64,000 nt of DNA from NCBI RefSeq assembly GCF_004010195.1, contig NC_057749.1, forward strand, positions 20,087,663-20,151,662, in the 5' to 3' direction. Origin of the DNA: Chiloscyllium plagiosum. Its lineage: Eukaryota. Below the pieces are notes generated by a model that was not told where the DNA came from, searched no databases, and saw only the letters and a program-made list of their open reading frames with translations. How positions within the stretch are numbered: position 1 is the first letter of the stretch; each line of letters opens with the position of its first letter. Below are positions 62,201 through 64,000 of the stretch, piece after piece. The position numbers and the translations under genes were made by a program.

Positions 62201-64000
62201 TTGCTTTAGAAGTCTGAGGTAAATGACTGCTGAACCACAGCAAGTGAGATGAACAGGTGTGAGGGTTCAGGTGGTGTTTAAACTGGTGTTTTGTCTGGTG
62301 GGTGAAACTAGGACAAGAGGGCATAGCCTCAAGATTAGAGGGAGCAGTTTTAGGACTGGATTAGAACATAGAAAAGTACAGCACAGAACAGGCTCTTTGG
62401 CCCATGATGTCGTGCCGAGAATTATTCCTAACCTAAAATAAAATAACCTAACCTACACACCTCTCAATTCACTACTGTCAATATGCATGTCCAGCAGCCA
62501 CTTAAATGCCCCTAATAACTCTGCTTCCACCACCACAGTTGGCAGCGCATTCCATACATTCACAACTCTCTGCGTGAAGAACCTTCCTCTGATGTCTCCT
62601 CTATACCTTTCTCCTAATATCTTAAAACTATGACCCCTCGTGCCAGTCAATCCTCCCCGGGGGGAAAGTCTCTGGTTATTGACTCTATCCATGCCTCTCA
62701 TTACCTTGTATACCTTGATCACCTCTCTTCCTCCTCCTCTCCTGGGAGAAAAGTCTGAGCTTAGTCAACCTCTCTTCGTAAGTCAAGTCCTCCAGTCCAG
62801 CAGCATCCTGGTAAACCTTCTTTGCACCCTCTCCAGAGCCTCTGTATCTTTCCTATAGTAGGGCAACCAGAGCTGGGCACAATATTCCAAGTGTGGTCAC
62901 ACCAGGGACTTGTAAAACTACACCAAAACCTCTCGGTTCTTAAGCTCGATCCCCCTGTGAATGAAAGCCAGAAGACCATATGCTTGAGAAGGAGCTTCTT
63001 CATGGAGGGCTGTAAATCTATAGCATTCCTTGCCCAGTTAAGTGTTAATGCTCCTTCAGTCAATGCTTTTAAAGCTGAGAGTTTTTTATGAACAATAAAG
63101 GCATTAAGGGATACGATGAGAACGTGGATAAGCGGAAAGCTGAGTCCACAAAAAGATCAGCCATGATCTTATTAAATGGTAGAGCAGGCTCGAAGGGCCA
63201 GATGACCAACTCCTGCTCCTGGTTCTGATGTTCTTGAAGAACACGGCTGTAAGAATGAAGTGGCATGGGACATGAGCGTGGATGGTACAACTACCAATGG
63301 AAGAATGAGGTTGGGTCTGAGGAGGGGAGTGGTTTAGGTGTGCAAAGTCACAATGCAGTTTGTTTTGGATGGGAAGGTAAGGGCTGTGAATTCTGCAGTG
63401 ATAGTGGGGTGTTGAGGAGAGCCTACAGAGGTGGTCTCAATGAGGCCTTGGGGAAGGAGTGCCAGTATTAGCCTGAAAGTACAAAGGGTAATTGAGAGTC
63501 AGTGCAGGTGTCTTCCACAAGCTGGAATTCTGGTTGACTGACCTGTAAGAGCATCTGGAGACATAGAGGACATGTGTATTTGTATCTTTGGATTAATGTC
63601 AGTTTTCTTGTTTGACACATCTATGCAGTGCCTTGGGGCACCCGACTGTGTTACAGATGCCTCTATAAGCACAAGCTGTTGCATTTGCTACTTACGAGAG
63701 GCTGCAGGGTTAACGCCACAGTTTGTTGCTGTGTCCATGCTTCTGCGTAGAATGTAGAACTGTCACGTGTAAAATCAGCAGGTCTTTGTGATGACTTGAT
63801 ACTACAGCTTAGTTGATCAGTTGATTATTCACACATTCCCAGAGATTGCCGTCTATGCCTATGGTCCTTTAGCACTGGGGATGATGACATAGCAATACCT
63901 GAAGTTGTTGTTCCTTTGTTGTGACAAAGACTTTATGGTCAGTGTCCTGTTTGTATCAGCTAGAAAGGTAACTCTATTCTGCTCTCTATAATCGGGGTAC

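Overview
Eukaryotic, vertebrate DNA, very probably a shark or ray: it has spliceosomal introns, HE1-like SINEs and matching CR1/HER1-like LINE tails. There are four N gaps (5367-6324, 7363-7884, 29342-29966, 59378-60285). The only host protein-coding gene I can support is a complete five-exon RPS17 (+, ATG 1875 to TAA 18697, 133 aa) with a 5'TOP. A CpG-rich promoter and non-coding first exon of an unidentified gene lie near 59.0-59.2 kb. Much of the rest is mobile DNA: CR1, Tx1/L1, Rex1, Penelope-like elements (PLEs), SINEs and two ERVs. Main points of interest: (1) a 4.67-kb gag/pol-less, env-only provirus with a tRNA-Ser PBS, a 5-bp TSD and three leader hairpins; (2) four sequence-distinct families of minimal hammerhead ribozymes at PLE ends, with some inverted-arm mini-elements enclosing or abutting copies of nearby host DNA; (3) a candidate orphan box C/D RNA in RPS17 intron 4; (4) a composite array of ~120-bp units separated by telomere-like spacers; (5) two unexplained hairpins. 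Repeat family names come from motif recognition only, with no database search, and repeat boundaries are approximate unless a TSD is given.
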